From assembly GCA_963666835.2 (NCBI GenBank), contig CAXXGO010000001.1, positions 1,152,001 to 1,216,000 on the forward strand: a stretch of 64,000 nt of DNA. Reading direction: 5' to 3'. Made by a program: the position numbers and the translations under genes. Origin of the DNA: Phycisphaerae bacterium. Its GTDB lineage: Bacteria; Planctomycetota; Phycisphaerae; UBA1845. The notes beneath the pieces are model-generated. The model was not told the DNA's origin and did no database searches. It was given only the letters and a program-made list of their open reading frames with translations. This document shows positions 1 through 10,959 of the stretch, in pieces (position 1 is the first letter of the stretch; every line of letters begins with the position of its first letter).

Positions 1-14
1 GCGCGGGTCCGCGC

Positions 15-620
15 TCATTTGAAACGATCCCAAACAACGACCTCTTCCAAGGGCAATTGCCCGGGCTTCGGCCAGGCGGGCTTTGTGGCTTTGCCAACGG
101 CGATCAGGTTGCCGATTACGTGGTCGTCGGGCATGCCGATCAACTCGGCGACTTTGTCCGGGTCAAAGCCGATCATTGGGCAGGAGTCGTAGCCCATCGC
201 CTTGGCCGCGAGCATGATGGTCTGCGACGCGATGCCAATTGACCGCATCACCTCATCCCGCTGGAGCCATTCGCGGCCCTCGTGAAACGGCCCCATCCAG
301 CCCACTATCATCTTCGCCACATCCGGCGGCGCATCGCGCCAATAGCGCTGCGGGTCCTTCTTCCAGGCCTGCACGTAGCCGGTCATCACGATCAACACGG
401 ACGCGTCGGTGATTTGCGCCTGGTCGTTTCCTGCTTTGCGGATCTGCTGTCGCAGCGTTTTGTCACGCACGACTACGAACCGCCAATGTTGGATATTGAA
501 ACTCGTCGGGGATTGCACGGCGGCCTCGAGTAGCTTCTGAAGGTCCTGCTCAGGCATACTATGTTCGGGGTCGAAGTGCTTTACGGAACGACGCTTGTAG
601 ATGGCCTCGAATGTGTCCAC
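15..620 (-). CDS. Nitroreductase family protein (about 201 aa)
   Basis: AIYKRRSVKHF, SPTSFNIQHWRFVVV and GYDSCPMIGFD motifs. Start moved to GTG at 620, which has GAGGAG upstream. Confidence 0.9.
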   Translation of the reverse strand: MDTFEAIYKRRSVKHFDPEHSMPEQDLQKLLEAAVQSPTSFNIQHWRFVVVRDKTLRQQIRKAGNDQAQITDASVLIVMTGYVQAWKKDPQRYWRDAPPDVAKMIVGWMGPFHEGREWLQRDEVMRSIGIASQTIMLAAKAMGYDSCPMIGFDPDKVAELIGMPDDHVIGNLIAVGKATKPAWPKPGQLPLEEVVVWDRFK

Positions 621-772
621 TCTCTGGAACTCCTCTGTTCGTGTTGCGAATGTTGCAGTTGCCTCTACCCGGGTTCGCAGTGGATGATAGCCATCCGACC
701 GTAAGCCGACCACCGTGGTCCGGCCCGTCCTCTTGAGCCGTAAAGCCAGTTGGGGACTATGCTTATGATTAC

Positions 773-846
773 TCGGGGCGACTGGATTCGAACCAGCGGC
801 CTCCTGCTCCCAAAGCAGGCGCGCTACCAGGCTGCGCTACGCCCCG
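773..846 (-). tRNA. tRNA-Pro(UGG), CCA not encoded
   Basis: Reverse complement reads CGGGGCGTAGCGCAGCCTGGTAGCGCG-CCTGC-TT-TGG-GA-GCAGG-AGGCCGCTGGTTCGAATCCAGTCGCCCCGA, a canonical cloverleaf. Confidence 0.97.
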
Positions 847-2238
847 TGCCCTCGCATTGCGGGGGGCGGTGTCGAGTCGTTTGTCGAGGTGCCGACGCTC
901 GACCCGAGGTGATCCGACCCACGAAAGTCGGGCCTTTCACCGATGCTGGCCATTCTATTGGCGGGAGGCCGCGGATACAACGAGTCGGCTCGGATTGTCT
1001 GACGCCGGGAGGGCGTCTCGTGGGCGCCGGTGGGGCTATCGACGCGGGCCGGTCGTGGGGAGAGGACGCTGTGTCGTGGTCGATTGGGCTGGAGGGGGCA
1101 CCTGGGTCACAGCGGCAGATGATTCCGCACCCGCCCGCCGTCGGCACGGTCGGAGTTCGAGCGTCTGCCGGGCAGTTTGTCCGCAGCGGTTGGGCGTGCG
1201 GATCGGGTGGGCTTCTTGCGTTGTTATCGGGCTGTGATGAACCTCGTTTTGCTGGTGGATCGCAGTTCCGCCATTGGTGCCTCGTGATCCGTGAAGGTCC
1301 GGGTTCAATCCACACTGTGCTCCGTCCCGGCGCTGCTCCATAAGCAGCGGCATGAGAAGCTGGATATTTCCCTCTGGGAGCGGTGCTCCAGCGCGGAATC
1401 TGTGCCTCGTGCCCTATAAGGCAAGAGGAGGAAGATACGAGGTGCGCGATCGATGGGCGTCAGGGCCGTCCCGCACCCGATAAGCGCGAGCAGCGCACAC
1501 TGGAACCGAGCGGCCCCTTTGACTATACTACTTAACCGTAGGAACGGGCTGAGAACCGGTGCGCCAATCAGGATGAGGACGGTGATCCGTTGTTTTCAAG
1601 CGGACGCCGGTGGTTGGTTAAGCCGTTTGCACATTCGGGGCATGGGAAGGGCGAGGCCGCGTGGCTACAGAGACGGTTTCCGAGAATGCTCGGGTCCGTG
1701 CCGGCCGGCGGGTACTATCGGAGGAGGAAGTGGCTTCTGCGCGTATGCCGACGCTAGGTGCGGGGTGTTATTCTCCGCGCGCCGGCCGCCGGCTGCTGAG
1801 AGTCGAACCAGGGGCACACTCTTCTCTCGTAATTGGTCTGCTTGGCGGGCTCATTGCCGGAGGGGTGGGGGTGCGTCCATTGCCGCAGCCGTTGGCCGCG
1901 GTGAGTAACGGGCGGTTTCAGCTCAGTTGTCAGTGTGGCACAACCACTTCTCGGGTCTTCGTGGCCGCTAGTACCCGGACGGAATCCACAGAGCGGATGT
2001 TGCGGCACGGAGTGTCTGACGTGCGTCACCAATTGCTGTGGCGGGACTGAGGAGTAGCGCGGGCGAGCGTAGGAACACGGACTTGGCGGGGTTCTTGAGG
2101 GCGAGAGCTCGAAACGTGTCGCTTCGAACCGCGTCGAGCATCACGACAGGGGATATGGAAAGCCCGGGATGGTTGCCTTCGGAGGGTTGAAACGGCTTGA
2201 TAAAGGCGGCCACCATCGAAGATTGAAAAGGGGAGAGG

Positions 2239-5200
2239 ATGATGAGCTTCAACAGGTACTTTCCGATAGCAGTGTTCTTGTTGTTCGCAGGCACGTTCAC
2301 CGCGGCAGCCAATGCCTGCACCGTAGACGCCGATTGCGATGACTCGAACCCGTGTACGGTTGACACGTGCAACGTTGATGTGTGCGAGTACACCAACGCT
2401 GACTCGTCGACGCTGTGCCGAGACGCGGTCGGGTTATGCGACGTGGCCGAGTACTGCACGGGGAGTTCGCCCGATTGCCCCGCGGATGGCGTTGAGACTA
2501 TCGGCACCGAGTGCCGCGCCGCAGTTGATGACTGCGACGTTGCCGAAGTGTGCGACGGCTTGTCGACCGCTTGTCCTACGGATAGCGTAGCGGCCAGTGG
2601 TACGGAGTGCCGGGCTGCGGCCGGTGATTGCGATATCGCGGAAACTTGCGACGGGGTATCGACGGCCTGTCCGACGGATTCGTTTGAGTCTTCCGGCACG
2701 GTGTGCCGTGCTGCGGTCGATGACTGCGACGTTGCTGAGACCTGTGACGGCGTTTCCGCTGCGTGTCCTACGGATGAGGTGGCGACCAGCGGTACGGAAT
2801 GTCGGGCTTCGGCGGGTGATTGCGATATTGCGGAGACTTGTGACGGGGTGTCGACGGCCTGTCCGACGGATTCGTTTGAGTCTTCAGGTACCGTGTGTCG
2901 TGCGGCGGTCGATGACTGCGACGTTGCCGAGACCTGCGACGGCGTTTCCGCTGCATGTCCTACGGATGAGGTGGCGACCAGTGGCACGGAATGTCGGGCT
3001 TCGGCGGGTGATTGCGATATCGCGGAGACTTGCGACGGCGTATCGACGGCATGTCCGACGGATTCGTTTGAGTCTTCCGGCACGGTGTGCCGTGCGGCGG
3101 TCGATGACTGCGACGTTGCCGAGACGTGCGATGGTGTTTCCGCTGCATGTCCTACGGATGAGGTGGCGACCAGTGGCACGGAATGTCGGGCTTCGGCGGG
3201 TGATTGCGATATCGCGGAGACTTGCGACGGCGTATCGACGGCATGTCCGACGGATTCGTTTGAGTCTTCCGGCACGGTGTGCCGTGCGGCGGTCGATGAC
3301 TGCGACGTTGCCGAGACGTGCGATGGTGTTTCCGCTGCATGTCCTACGGACGATGTAGCGGCCAGTGGCACGGAATGTCGGGCTTCGGCGGGTGATTGCG
3401 ATGTCGCGGAGACTTGCGACGGGGTGTCGACGGCATGTCCGACGGATTCGTTTGAGTCTTCCGGCACGGTGTGCCGTGCGGCGGTCGATGATTGCGACGT
3501 TGCTGAGACCTGTGACGGCGTTTCCGCCGCTTGTCCTACGGATGAGGTGGCGACCAGCGGTACGGAATGTCGGGCTTCGGCGGGTGATTGCGATATTGCG
3601 GAGACTTGTGACGGGGTGTCGACGGCCTGTCCGACGGATTCGTTTGAGTCTTCAGGTACCGTGTGTCGTGCGGCGGTCGATGACTGCGACGTTGCCGAGA
3701 CCTGCGACGGCGTATCGGCCGCTTGTCCTACGGACGATGTGGCGGCCAGTGGTACGGAATGTCGAGCCTCGGCGGGTGATTGCGATATCGCGGAGACTTG
3801 CGACGGGGTGTCGACTGCCTGTCCGACGGATTCGTTTGAGTCTTCCGGCACGGTGTGCCGCGCTGCGGTCGATGACTGCGACGTTGCCGAGACCTGTGAC
3901 GGTGTATCGGCTGCATGTCCTACGGACGATGTAGCGGCCAGTGGTACGGAATGTCGAGCCTCGGCGGGTGATTGCGATATCGCGGAGACTTGCGACGGGG
4001 TATCGACTGCCTGTCCGACGGATTCGTTTGAATCTTCCGGCACGGTGTGCCGCGCAGCGGTTGATGATTGCGACGTTGCCGAGACGTGCGATGGTGTTTC
4101 CGCCGCATGTCCTACGGACGATGTAGCGGCCAGTGGTACGGAATGTCGAGCCTCGGCGGGTGATTGCGATATCGCGGAGACTTGCGACGGGGTGTCGACT
4201 GCCTGTCCGACGGATTCGTTTGAGTCTTCCGGGACGGTGTGCCGCGCCGCGGTTGATGATTGCGATGTTGCCGAAACGTGCGACGGTGTTTCCGCTGCTT
4301 GTCCTACGGACGATGTAGCGACCAGCGGTACGGAATGCCGGGCCTCGGCAGGTGATTGCGATGTCGCGGAGACTTGCGACGGGGTGTCGACTGCCTGTCC
4401 GACGGATTCGTTTGAGTCTTCCGGGACGGTGTGCCGCGCCGCGGTTGATGATTGCGATGTTGCCGAAACGTGCGACGGTGTTTCCGCTGCTTGTCCTACG
4501 GACGATGTAGCGACCAGCGGTACGGAATGCCGGGCCTCGGCAGGTGATTGCGATGTCGCGGAGACTTGCGACGGGGTGTCGACTGCCTGTCCGACGGATT
4601 CGTTTGAGTCTTCCGGGACGGTGTGCCGTGCTGCGGTCGATGACTGCGACGTTGCGGAGACTTGTGACGGCGTATCGGCCGCTTGTCCTACGGATGAGGT
4701 GGCGACCAGCGGGACGGAATGTCGGGCTTCGACGGGGGATTGTGACGCGGCCGAAGTGTGCGATGGTGTTTCGACGTCTTGCCCGACTGATGGCAACGAG
4801 CCGGACGGGACTGCCTGCACGGATGACGGTAACCCCTGCACGGACGATGAGTGTGACAGCGGGGTATGCACCCATCCGAATAACACGGACGACTGCAACG
4901 ATGGAGATCCATGTACCGAGAATGATGTGTGCTCCGGCGGTGTTTGTTCGGGAACGACGATCCCGGGTTGCCAGTCTTGTGAAGATGACGGTGATTGCGA
5001 CGATGGCAACGATTGCACGGACAACGTGTGCGACGTTGATGTATGCACCTATCCGAACTTGGCATCCGGTACGGCGTGTGGTGATACCAGTTCCTCAGAT
5101 TGCGACGATCCGGACACATGTGACGGGAACGGAGTGTGTCTGGCGAACTACAAAACTGCCGACACGGTTTGCCGGAGTAGTGCCGGCGATTGTGATGTCG

Positions 5201-8200
5201 TGGAGTATTGTACCGGGTCGGGGCCGGATTGCCCGGCGGACGACTACGTCACGTCCGGCACGGTGTGTCGTGCACCGGCCGGCGATTGCGACGTGGCGGA
5301 AGAGTGTGACGGCCTGTCGGCCGTGTGTCCGGCCGACGATGTGCAGGCGAGCGGGACGGAATGTCGGGCGGCGGTCGGCTTGTGCGACGTAGCCGAGGTC
5401 TGCGACGGTCTTTCGACGGATTGCCCCGCCGATGACGTAGAGGCTTACGGCACGGAATGTCGGGCGGCGGTCGGTCTGTGTGACGTAGCCGAGGTTTGTG
5501 ACGGTTCTTCGACGGATTGCCCGGTGGATGATGTTGCCGCCAGCGGTACGGAATGTCGGGCGGCGGTGGACGTGTGCGACGTAGCCGAGGTTTGTGACGG
5601 TTCTTCGACGACCTGTCCGGTGGATGATGTTGCCGCTAGCGGGACGGAATGTCGGGCGGTGGCCGGTCTGTGTGACGTGGCTGAGGTTTGCGACGGTTCT
5701 TCGACGGCTTGTCCGGTGGATGAGGTGGCTGCTTCCGGAGTTGAATGTCGAGCTGCTGCAGGTGATTGTGACCTGGCCGAAGTTTGCGATGGATCTTCAG
5801 CAACGTGTCCCACGGACGAAGTAGAGGCGTCCGGTACGGAATGTCGGGCGGCGGTGGATGTTTGTGACGTGGCTGAGGTCTGCGACGGTTCTTCGCCGGA
5901 GTGTCCTACGGATGAGGTGGAGCCGTACGGCACGGAATGTCGGGCTGTGGCGGATGATTGTGATGTGGCCGAGGTGTGTGACGGATCTTCCACGGCCTGT
6001 CCGGATGACGCTAGCGAGCCGGACGGAACGGCCTGCACGGACGACGGCAATGTCTGTACGGATGATGAGTGTGAAAGTGGGGTATGTATCCATCCGAACA
6101 ACACTGATACATGCGACGACGGAGATCCGTGTACTGAAGATGATGTGTGTTCCGAGGGGGTCTGCGCGGGGACGGTTATCCCCGGCTGCCAGGCATGCGA
6201 GGAGGATAGTGAGTGCGACGACGGCAATGATTGTACGGACAACGTCTGTGATAACGATGTTTGTACTTATCCGAATCTGGCAGCCGGGACGGCTTGTGGT
6301 GATTCCTCAGATACGGATTGCGATAACCCGGACACCTGTGACGGGGCCGGCGTGTGCCTCGTGAACTACGAGTCGGCGGGGGTGCTCTGCCGTCCGGCGG
6401 CTGCCGGGAGCTGTGATATTGCGGAGCTTTGCACCGGCACTTCTCCGGATTGCCCGGCGGATGAGTACGCCGAGGCCGGTACGGAATGTCGAGCTGCGGT
6501 CGGCGTTTGCGACGTTGCCGAGATATGCACCGGGTCCTCGTCCTCTTGCCCTGCTGACGCGGTCGCCGCCAACGGCACGGAGTGCCGCGCCGCGGCCGGT
6601 GACTGCGATGTTGCCGAAGTCTGCGACGGCGTAACGGTGGACTGCCCTTCGGATTCGCTGGTATCTGCGGGAACGGAGTGCCGCGCGTCTGCGGGAATCT
6701 GTGATATTGCGGAGGAATGCGACGGGGTATCCGTGGAATGTCCCGAAGATGTTCTGGTGGCAAGCGGGACTCAGTGCCGGGCCGCCAGTGGAGAATGCGA
6801 CGTTGCGGAGGCGTGCGACGGCTTGTTGCCGGATTGTCCGGCGAACGAGTACATGGCGGCGGACAGCCCCTGCGGCGATTCGACTGATGACGATTGTACC
6901 GATCCGGATACTTGTGACGGGGCCGGGACCTGTCTCGATAATCATGTGGCTTCCGGCGTCGGTTGTACGGACGACGGTAACGAATGCACGGATGATACGT
7001 GCGATGGCGCGGGAACGTGTGTACACCCGGATCTGGCGGAGGGTACGGTGTGTGGTGATCCGACCGATGACGACTGCACTAACGCGGATACCTGCGATGG
7101 TGCCGGCGTGTGTTTGGCGAATCACGAAGCGTCCGGCGTTGCCTGTACGGATGACGGTAATGATTGTACGGACGACACGTGCGATGGCGCGGGAACGTGT
7201 GTACATCCGGATCTGGCGGAGGGTACGGCCTGCGGTGATCCGACTGATGACGACTGCACCAACGCGGATACCTGCGATGGTGCCGGCGTGTGCTTGTCGA
7301 ATCACGAGGCGTCCGGCGTTGCCTGTACGGATGACGGCAACGATTGTACGGGCGACACGTGCGATGGCGCGGGAACGTGTGTCCATCCGGCTCTGGCTGA
7401 GGGTACGGCCTGCGGCGATCCGACTGATGACGACTGCACCAACGCGGATACCTGCGATGGCGCCGGTGTGTGCTTGGCGAATCACGAAGCGTCCGGCTTT
7501 GCCTGTACGGATGACGGCAACGAGTGTACGGGCGACACTTGCGACGGTGCGGGAACTTGCGCGCATCCGAATCTGGCGGAGGGTGCGGCCTGCGGCGATC
7601 CGACTGATGACGACTGCACCAACGCGGATACCTGCGATGGCTCGGGAGTGTGTCTGGATAATCACGAGGCTGCCGGATTTGGTTGCACGGATGACGGGAA
7701 CGATTGCACCGGCGACGCCTGCAATGGCTTGGGGGTATGTGAGCATCCTAATTTCGCGGCGGGCACCGGATGTGGTGATCCGACTGACGATGACTGTACC
7801 AACCCCGACACGTGCAATGGAAGTGGGGTGTGCTTATCGAATCACGAAGCGTCCGGCTTCGCCTGTACGGATGACGGCAATGCATGCACGCGCGATGTCT
7901 GCAACGGGTCGGGAGTCTGCGGGCACACGAACCAGCCCGCAGGTGCTCCTTGCGGCGATTCGACTGACACGGTTTGCGATAATCCGGACACCTGCGATGG
8001 TGCGGGGGTTTGTCTTTCGAACTATGAACCAAGTACGATCGTGTGTCGCGCTTCGACGGACGTGTGTGATCCGGAAGAGACCTGCACCGGTAGCTCAGCG
8101 GAATGTCCCGCGGATTCGTTGCTCCCGGATGGCACGGTTTGCACGGACGACGGAGACGATTGCACGGACGACGAGTGCGATAGTGGGTTATGTCTGCATG

Positions 8201-10959
8201 TTATGATGTGTGGCGCCTGTTGCCTGGGAGGAGAGAATTGCTCTGATGCCACCCGGGTCGAGGACTGTAGCGGTTCCTGGCCGGGGATCGGGTCGATCTG
8301 CCTGACGGACATCACCGGAAACGGTAATGATGACGCCTGTGAGCCGATCGGCTACGCACCGTGCGAAACGCAGAGGATCGAAGCAACGTTGCCCGCCGAG
8401 AACGACTCGTTCGGTTCGGCTGTGGCCGTGGAGGGGGCTCGGGTAGTGATCGGGGCTCCAATGGACGACGCCGCGGCCAGCAATGGTGGTGCCGTGTATG
8501 TATCCGAAAGATCCGGTTCGACGTGGGGCGCTGTGGAGAGAATCACGGCCGGTGACGCGGAGACGAACGACCAGTTCGGGTCGGCGGTGGCTTTGAGCGG
8601 CGATCGCATCGCGGTTGGGGCACCGCTGGAGAACTCGGCCGGGGCGCGTTCCGGTTCCGTCTATGTCTTTGAGTTACAGGGCGAGGACTGGGTAACCGAC
8701 GGCAAGCTCTTTGCGGACGACGGGGCGGTCGACGATCGGTTAGGCACGTCGGTAGCGATGAGCGGCGACGTAATCGTTATCGGTGCTCCTCTGGCCGACG
8801 TTTCCGCAAGCGCCTCTGGGGCGGCTTACGTCTTCAGGCGCGGGGCGCTCAGTTGGGTCCAGGAGGCCAAGCTGACCATCGCCGCTGGTGTTGCGGGGGA
8901 CCAGTTTGGAGCATCGGTTGCGATTGAGGACGGCATAATCGTCGTCGGGGCTCCCGCGGGCGGGAGCGGCACAGGGCAGGCCTATGTGTTCGAATGGAAT
9001 GGTACCGATTGGGGTAGTGGGGAGCTGCTGGTTTCCGCCGACGTGGAGACGGATGATCGATTCGGTTCGGCGGTGTCCATAAGCGGAGATCGCATTCTGA
9101 TCGGTTGTAGGCGCGATGACGACCAGGGTTTCAATGCCGGAGCGGCCTACCTGTTCCACCTGGTGCGGTATTCGTGGGTCGAGGAGGTCAAGCTGACCGC
9201 GTCGGTTGGCGGTGCGAACGACGAGTTCGGCTCGGCCGTGTCTCTGAACGGTTTCGTGGCGGTCGTGGGGGCTCAGCAGAGCAGTAGCAGCTCCGGCGCG
9301 GCGTATGCCTACCATTGGGATGGGTCGTCGTGGGGTGACGAACTGAAACTGACAGCGTTCGGGGGCGAGAGCGGTGACTCCTTCGGCTGTGCCGTTTCGG
9401 TGAGCGGCGTAATCACTATGATCGGAAGCGTGAATGGTGATGGCACTGTTGCTGACTCAGGTTTGGCTCATGCGTTTGACGTTGCAGGCGAGGATTCCGA
9501 TTCCGACGGAGTGCTTGACTGCTGTGATGCGTGCCCTGGTTTTGACGATGCCCTTGACGACGATGGCGATGGGGTTCCGGATGACTGTGATGTGTGTCCG
9601 TGGGGCGACGATAATATAGACTGCCAGAACAACGGCACGCCGGACGCCTGTGATTTGCATGAAGGGACCAGTGCGGACTGTAATACCAACGAGATTCCAG
9701 ACGAGTGCGAAGTTCCGCCGATCGATCCGGACGGAGCGGACTGCAACGGAAACCTGGTGCCGGACGAGTGCGATATAGCCGGACCGACTAGTGAGGACTG
9801 CCAGCCAAACGGCATCCCGGACGAGTGCGACATTGCGTCGGGCACTTCTGTTGACAGCAATGGTAACGGCACTCCGGACGAGTGCGAGTCGTTCTGCGAT
9901 GCGCCGGACGTGGAAGCGATCGGCTCGCGGTATCTGGCGATCACCCCGGCTGACGGGGTCGACCCGGTGGCGTTCCGGGTTACTTCACCGGACTGGCCTT
10001 GTTTGGAGAAGTACGTGGGTGGCGTTCTGGAGTGTGGTGAGACCGGGGTCGCGTGCATGACGGACGCGGACTGCAATCATTGCGACGGGTTCTACGGCGG
10101 GCCGTGTTTGACTGACGCAGACTGCAAAACGTGCGACGACTTGGGGCATACGCCCTGCCAGACCATCGACGATTGTCCGACGGGCAGTACGTGCATCCAG
10201 GAGGAGTCGTGCGTTGTCACCGGCGCGGTGTGCGAGCCGCATCTGCCGCTCGAGGGAATCGACCTGAACGCGGATGGGGTCGAGGACGCCGTTATTGCGG
10301 CGTTGGTGGACGCGGCGGATGCGGCGTATCTGACTCCGGAAGAGTGGGGACGATCACGGCGGACCTGTTCTGTAACCCTGGCTTCCTGCGAGACGAATGA
10401 CGATTGCGATGTGGGAACGTGCAGTCTGACGGGGTCGGTTTGCAGTCTGTCGACACCCAATTCGTGCAACAATGCGTGTACGTTGTCGGGGTATGAATGC
10501 GAGAACGACGAGCAATGTATTGGCGGACCGGACGATCTATGCCTGAATCCGCAAACGTGCGAGCCGTTTGAAACCTGTACCGACGGACGCGTGATAGTCG
10601 TTGGTCCGGAGTTGGTGCCGAGCGCAGGTGACGACGCGATGACGTACGCTGTCCGCGCGGAATGCGGGACCGCAACCGAAGATCGTAGCGCGGACATGTG
10701 GCGGTGGTGTGACGCGAACAACGATACGCTGGTTAACATCGGTGACATCCAACTGACATTGCTGGGGTTCCGGGCCCAGTATGCGGTGGCGATACCGCCG
10801 AGAACCCTGGCCGCGGTGGACTTCGTGGGCAGCGTGCCGTGCGTTACCAACCAGACCGTGAGTTTCTCGGATGTCCAGCAGGCGATCCTGGCGTTCAAGG
10901 GAGGTACATACCTCGACGCGATTTCGGGCTCCGACGACTGTAACTTGCCGTGCCCGTAG
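2239..10959 (+). CDS. Giant secreted Cys/Asp-rich repeat protein (2906 aa) with disintegrin-like, CDDGNxCTxDxC, 7 FG-GAP and DCNxNGxPDECD repeats and a dockerin/EF-hand-like C-terminus
   Basis: N-terminal signal peptide, purine-rich RBS (GGGGAGAGG), repeats read directly in the translation. Confidence 0.9.
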   Translation: MMSFNRYFPIAVFLLFAGTFTAAANACTVDADCDDSNPCTVDTCNVDVCEYTNADSSTLCRDAVGLCDVAEYCTGSSPDCPADGVETIGTECRAAVDDCDVAEVCDGLSTACPTDSVAASGTECRAAAGDCDIAETCDGVSTACPTDSFESSGTVCRAAVDDCDVAETCDGVSAACPTDEVATSGTECRASAGDCDIAETCDGVSTACPTDSFESSGTVCRAAVDDCDVAETCDGVSAACPTDEVATSGTECRASAGDCDIAETCDGVSTACPTDSFESSGTVCRAAVDDCDVAETCDGVSAACPTDEVATSGTECRASAGDCDIAETCDGVSTACPTDSFESSGTVCRAAVDDCDVAETCDGVSAACPTDDVAASGTECRASAGDCDVAETCDGVSTACPTDSFESSGTVCRAAVDDCDVAETCDGVSAACPTDEVATSGTECRASAGDCDIAETCDGVSTACPTDSFESSGTVCRAAVDDCDVAETCDGVSAACPTDDVAASGTECRASAGDCDIAETCDGVSTACPTDSFESSGTVCRAAVDDCDVAETCDGVSAACPTDDVAASGTECRASAGDCDIAETCDGVSTACPTDSFESSGTVCRAAVDDCDVAETCDGVSAACPTDDVAASGTECRASAGDCDIAETCDGVSTACPTDSFESSGTVCRAAVDDCDVAETCDGVSAACPTDDVATSGTECRASAGDCDVAETCDGVSTACPTDSFESSGTVCRAAVDDCDVAETCDGVSAACPTDDVATSGTECRASAGDCDVAETCDGVSTACPTDSFESSGTVCRAAVDDCDVAETCDGVSAACPTDEVATSGTECRASTGDCDAAEVCDGVSTSCPTDGNEPDGTACTDDGNPCTDDECDSGVCTHPNNTDDCNDGDPCTENDVCSGGVCSGTTIPGCQSCEDDGDCDDGNDCTDNVCDVDVCTYPNLASGTACGDTSSSDCDDPDTCDGNGVCLANYKTADTVCRSSAGDCDVVEYCTGSGPDCPADDYVTSGTVCRAPAGDCDVAEECDGLSAVCPADDVQASGTECRAAVGLCDVAEVCDGLSTDCPADDVEAYGTECRAAVGLCDVAEVCDGSSTDCPVDDVAASGTECRAAVDVCDVAEVCDGSSTTCPVDDVAASGTECRAVAGLCDVAEVCDGSSTACPVDEVAASGVECRAAAGDCDLAEVCDGSSATCPTDEVEASGTECRAAVDVCDVAEVCDGSSPECPTDEVEPYGTECRAVADDCDVAEVCDGSSTACPDDASEPDGTACTDDGNVCTDDECESGVCIHPNNTDTCDDGDPCTEDDVCSEGVCAGTVIPGCQACEEDSECDDGNDCTDNVCDNDVCTYPNLAAGTACGDSSDTDCDNPDTCDGAGVCLVNYESAGVLCRPAAAGSCDIAELCTGTSPDCPADEYAEAGTECRAAVGVCDVAEICTGSSSSCPADAVAANGTECRAAAGDCDVAEVCDGVTVDCPSDSLVSAGTECRASAGICDIAEECDGVSVECPEDVLVASGTQCRAASGECDVAEACDGLLPDCPANEYMAADSPCGDSTDDDCTDPDTCDGAGTCLDNHVASGVGCTDDGNECTDDTCDGAGTCVHPDLAEGTVCGDPTDDDCTNADTCDGAGVCLANHEASGVACTDDGNDCTDDTCDGAGTCVHPDLAEGTACGDPTDDDCTNADTCDGAGVCLSNHEASGVACTDDGNDCTGDTCDGAGTCVHPALAEGTACGDPTDDDCTNADTCDGAGVCLANHEASGFACTDDGNECTGDTCDGAGTCAHPNLAEGAACGDPTDDDCTNADTCDGSGVCLDNHEAAGFGCTDDGNDCTGDACNGLGVCEHPNFAAGTGCGDPTDDDCTNPDTCNGSGVCLSNHEASGFACTDDGNACTRDVCNGSGVCGHTNQPAGAPCGDSTDTVCDNPDTCDGAGVCLSNYEPSTIVCRASTDVCDPEETCTGSSAECPADSLLPDGTVCTDDGDDCTDDECDSGLCLHVMMCGACCLGGENCSDATRVEDCSGSWPGIGSICLTDITGNGNDDACEPIGYAPCETQRIEATLPAENDSFGSAVAVEGARVVIGAPMDDAAASNGGAVYVSERSGSTWGAVERITAGDAETNDQFGSAVALSGDRIAVGAPLENSAGARSGSVYVFELQGEDWVTDGKLFADDGAVDDRLGTSVAMSGDVIVIGAPLADVSASASGAAYVFRRGALSWVQEAKLTIAAGVAGDQFGASVAIEDGIIVVGAPAGGSGTGQAYVFEWNGTDWGSGELLVSADVETDDRFGSAVSISGDRILIGCRRDDDQGFNAGAAYLFHLVRYSWVEEVKLTASVGGANDEFGSAVSLNGFVAVVGAQQSSSSSGAAYAYHWDGSSWGDELKLTAFGGESGDSFGCAVSVSGVITMIGSVNGDGTVADSGLAHAFDVAGEDSDSDGVLDCCDACPGFDDALDDDGDGVPDDCDVCPWGDDNIDCQNNGTPDACDLHEGTSADCNTNEIPDECEVPPIDPDGADCNGNLVPDECDIAGPTSEDCQPNGIPDECDIASGTSVDSNGNGTPDECESFCDAPDVEAIGSRYLAITPADGVDPVAFRVTSPDWPCLEKYVGGVLECGETGVACMTDADCNHCDGFYGGPCLTDADCKTCDDLGHTPCQTIDDCPTGSTCIQEESCVVTGAVCEPHLPLEGIDLNADGVEDAVIAALVDAADAAYLTPEEWGRSRRTCSVTLASCETNDDCDVGTCSLTGSVCSLSTPNSCNNACTLSGYECENDEQCIGGPDDLCLNPQTCEPFETCTDGRVIVVGPELVPSAGDDAMTYAVRAECGTATEDRSADMWRWCDANNDTLVNIGDIQLTLLGFRAQYAVAIPPRTLAAVDFVGSVPCVTNQTVSFSDVQQAILAFKGGTYLDAISGSDDCNLPCP
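2407..4795 (+). repeat. Intragenic tandem repeat, 25 x 96 bp, mostly arranged as near-identical 192-bp dimers
   Basis: Alternating GTECRASAGDCDIAETCDGVSTACPTDSFESS / GTVCRAAVDDCDVAETCDGVSAACPTDEVATS units. Confidence 0.92.
6870..8030 (+). repeat. Intragenic tandem repeat, about 6 x 180 bp (60 aa)
   Basis: CGDPTDDDCTNADTCDGAGVCLANHEASGxACTDDGNxCTxDTCDGAGTCVHPxLAEG units. Confidence 0.85.

Noticed and set aside
773..846. tRNA-Pro as the attachment site of a genomic island
   Set aside because: No integrase and no duplicated tRNA 3' end seen in the window.
1968..8609. Long antisense and alternate-frame ORFs over the giant gene (e.g. 1968-5048, 1026 aa)
   Set aside because: Shadow frames caused by tandem repeats and biased codon use; no independent motifs.
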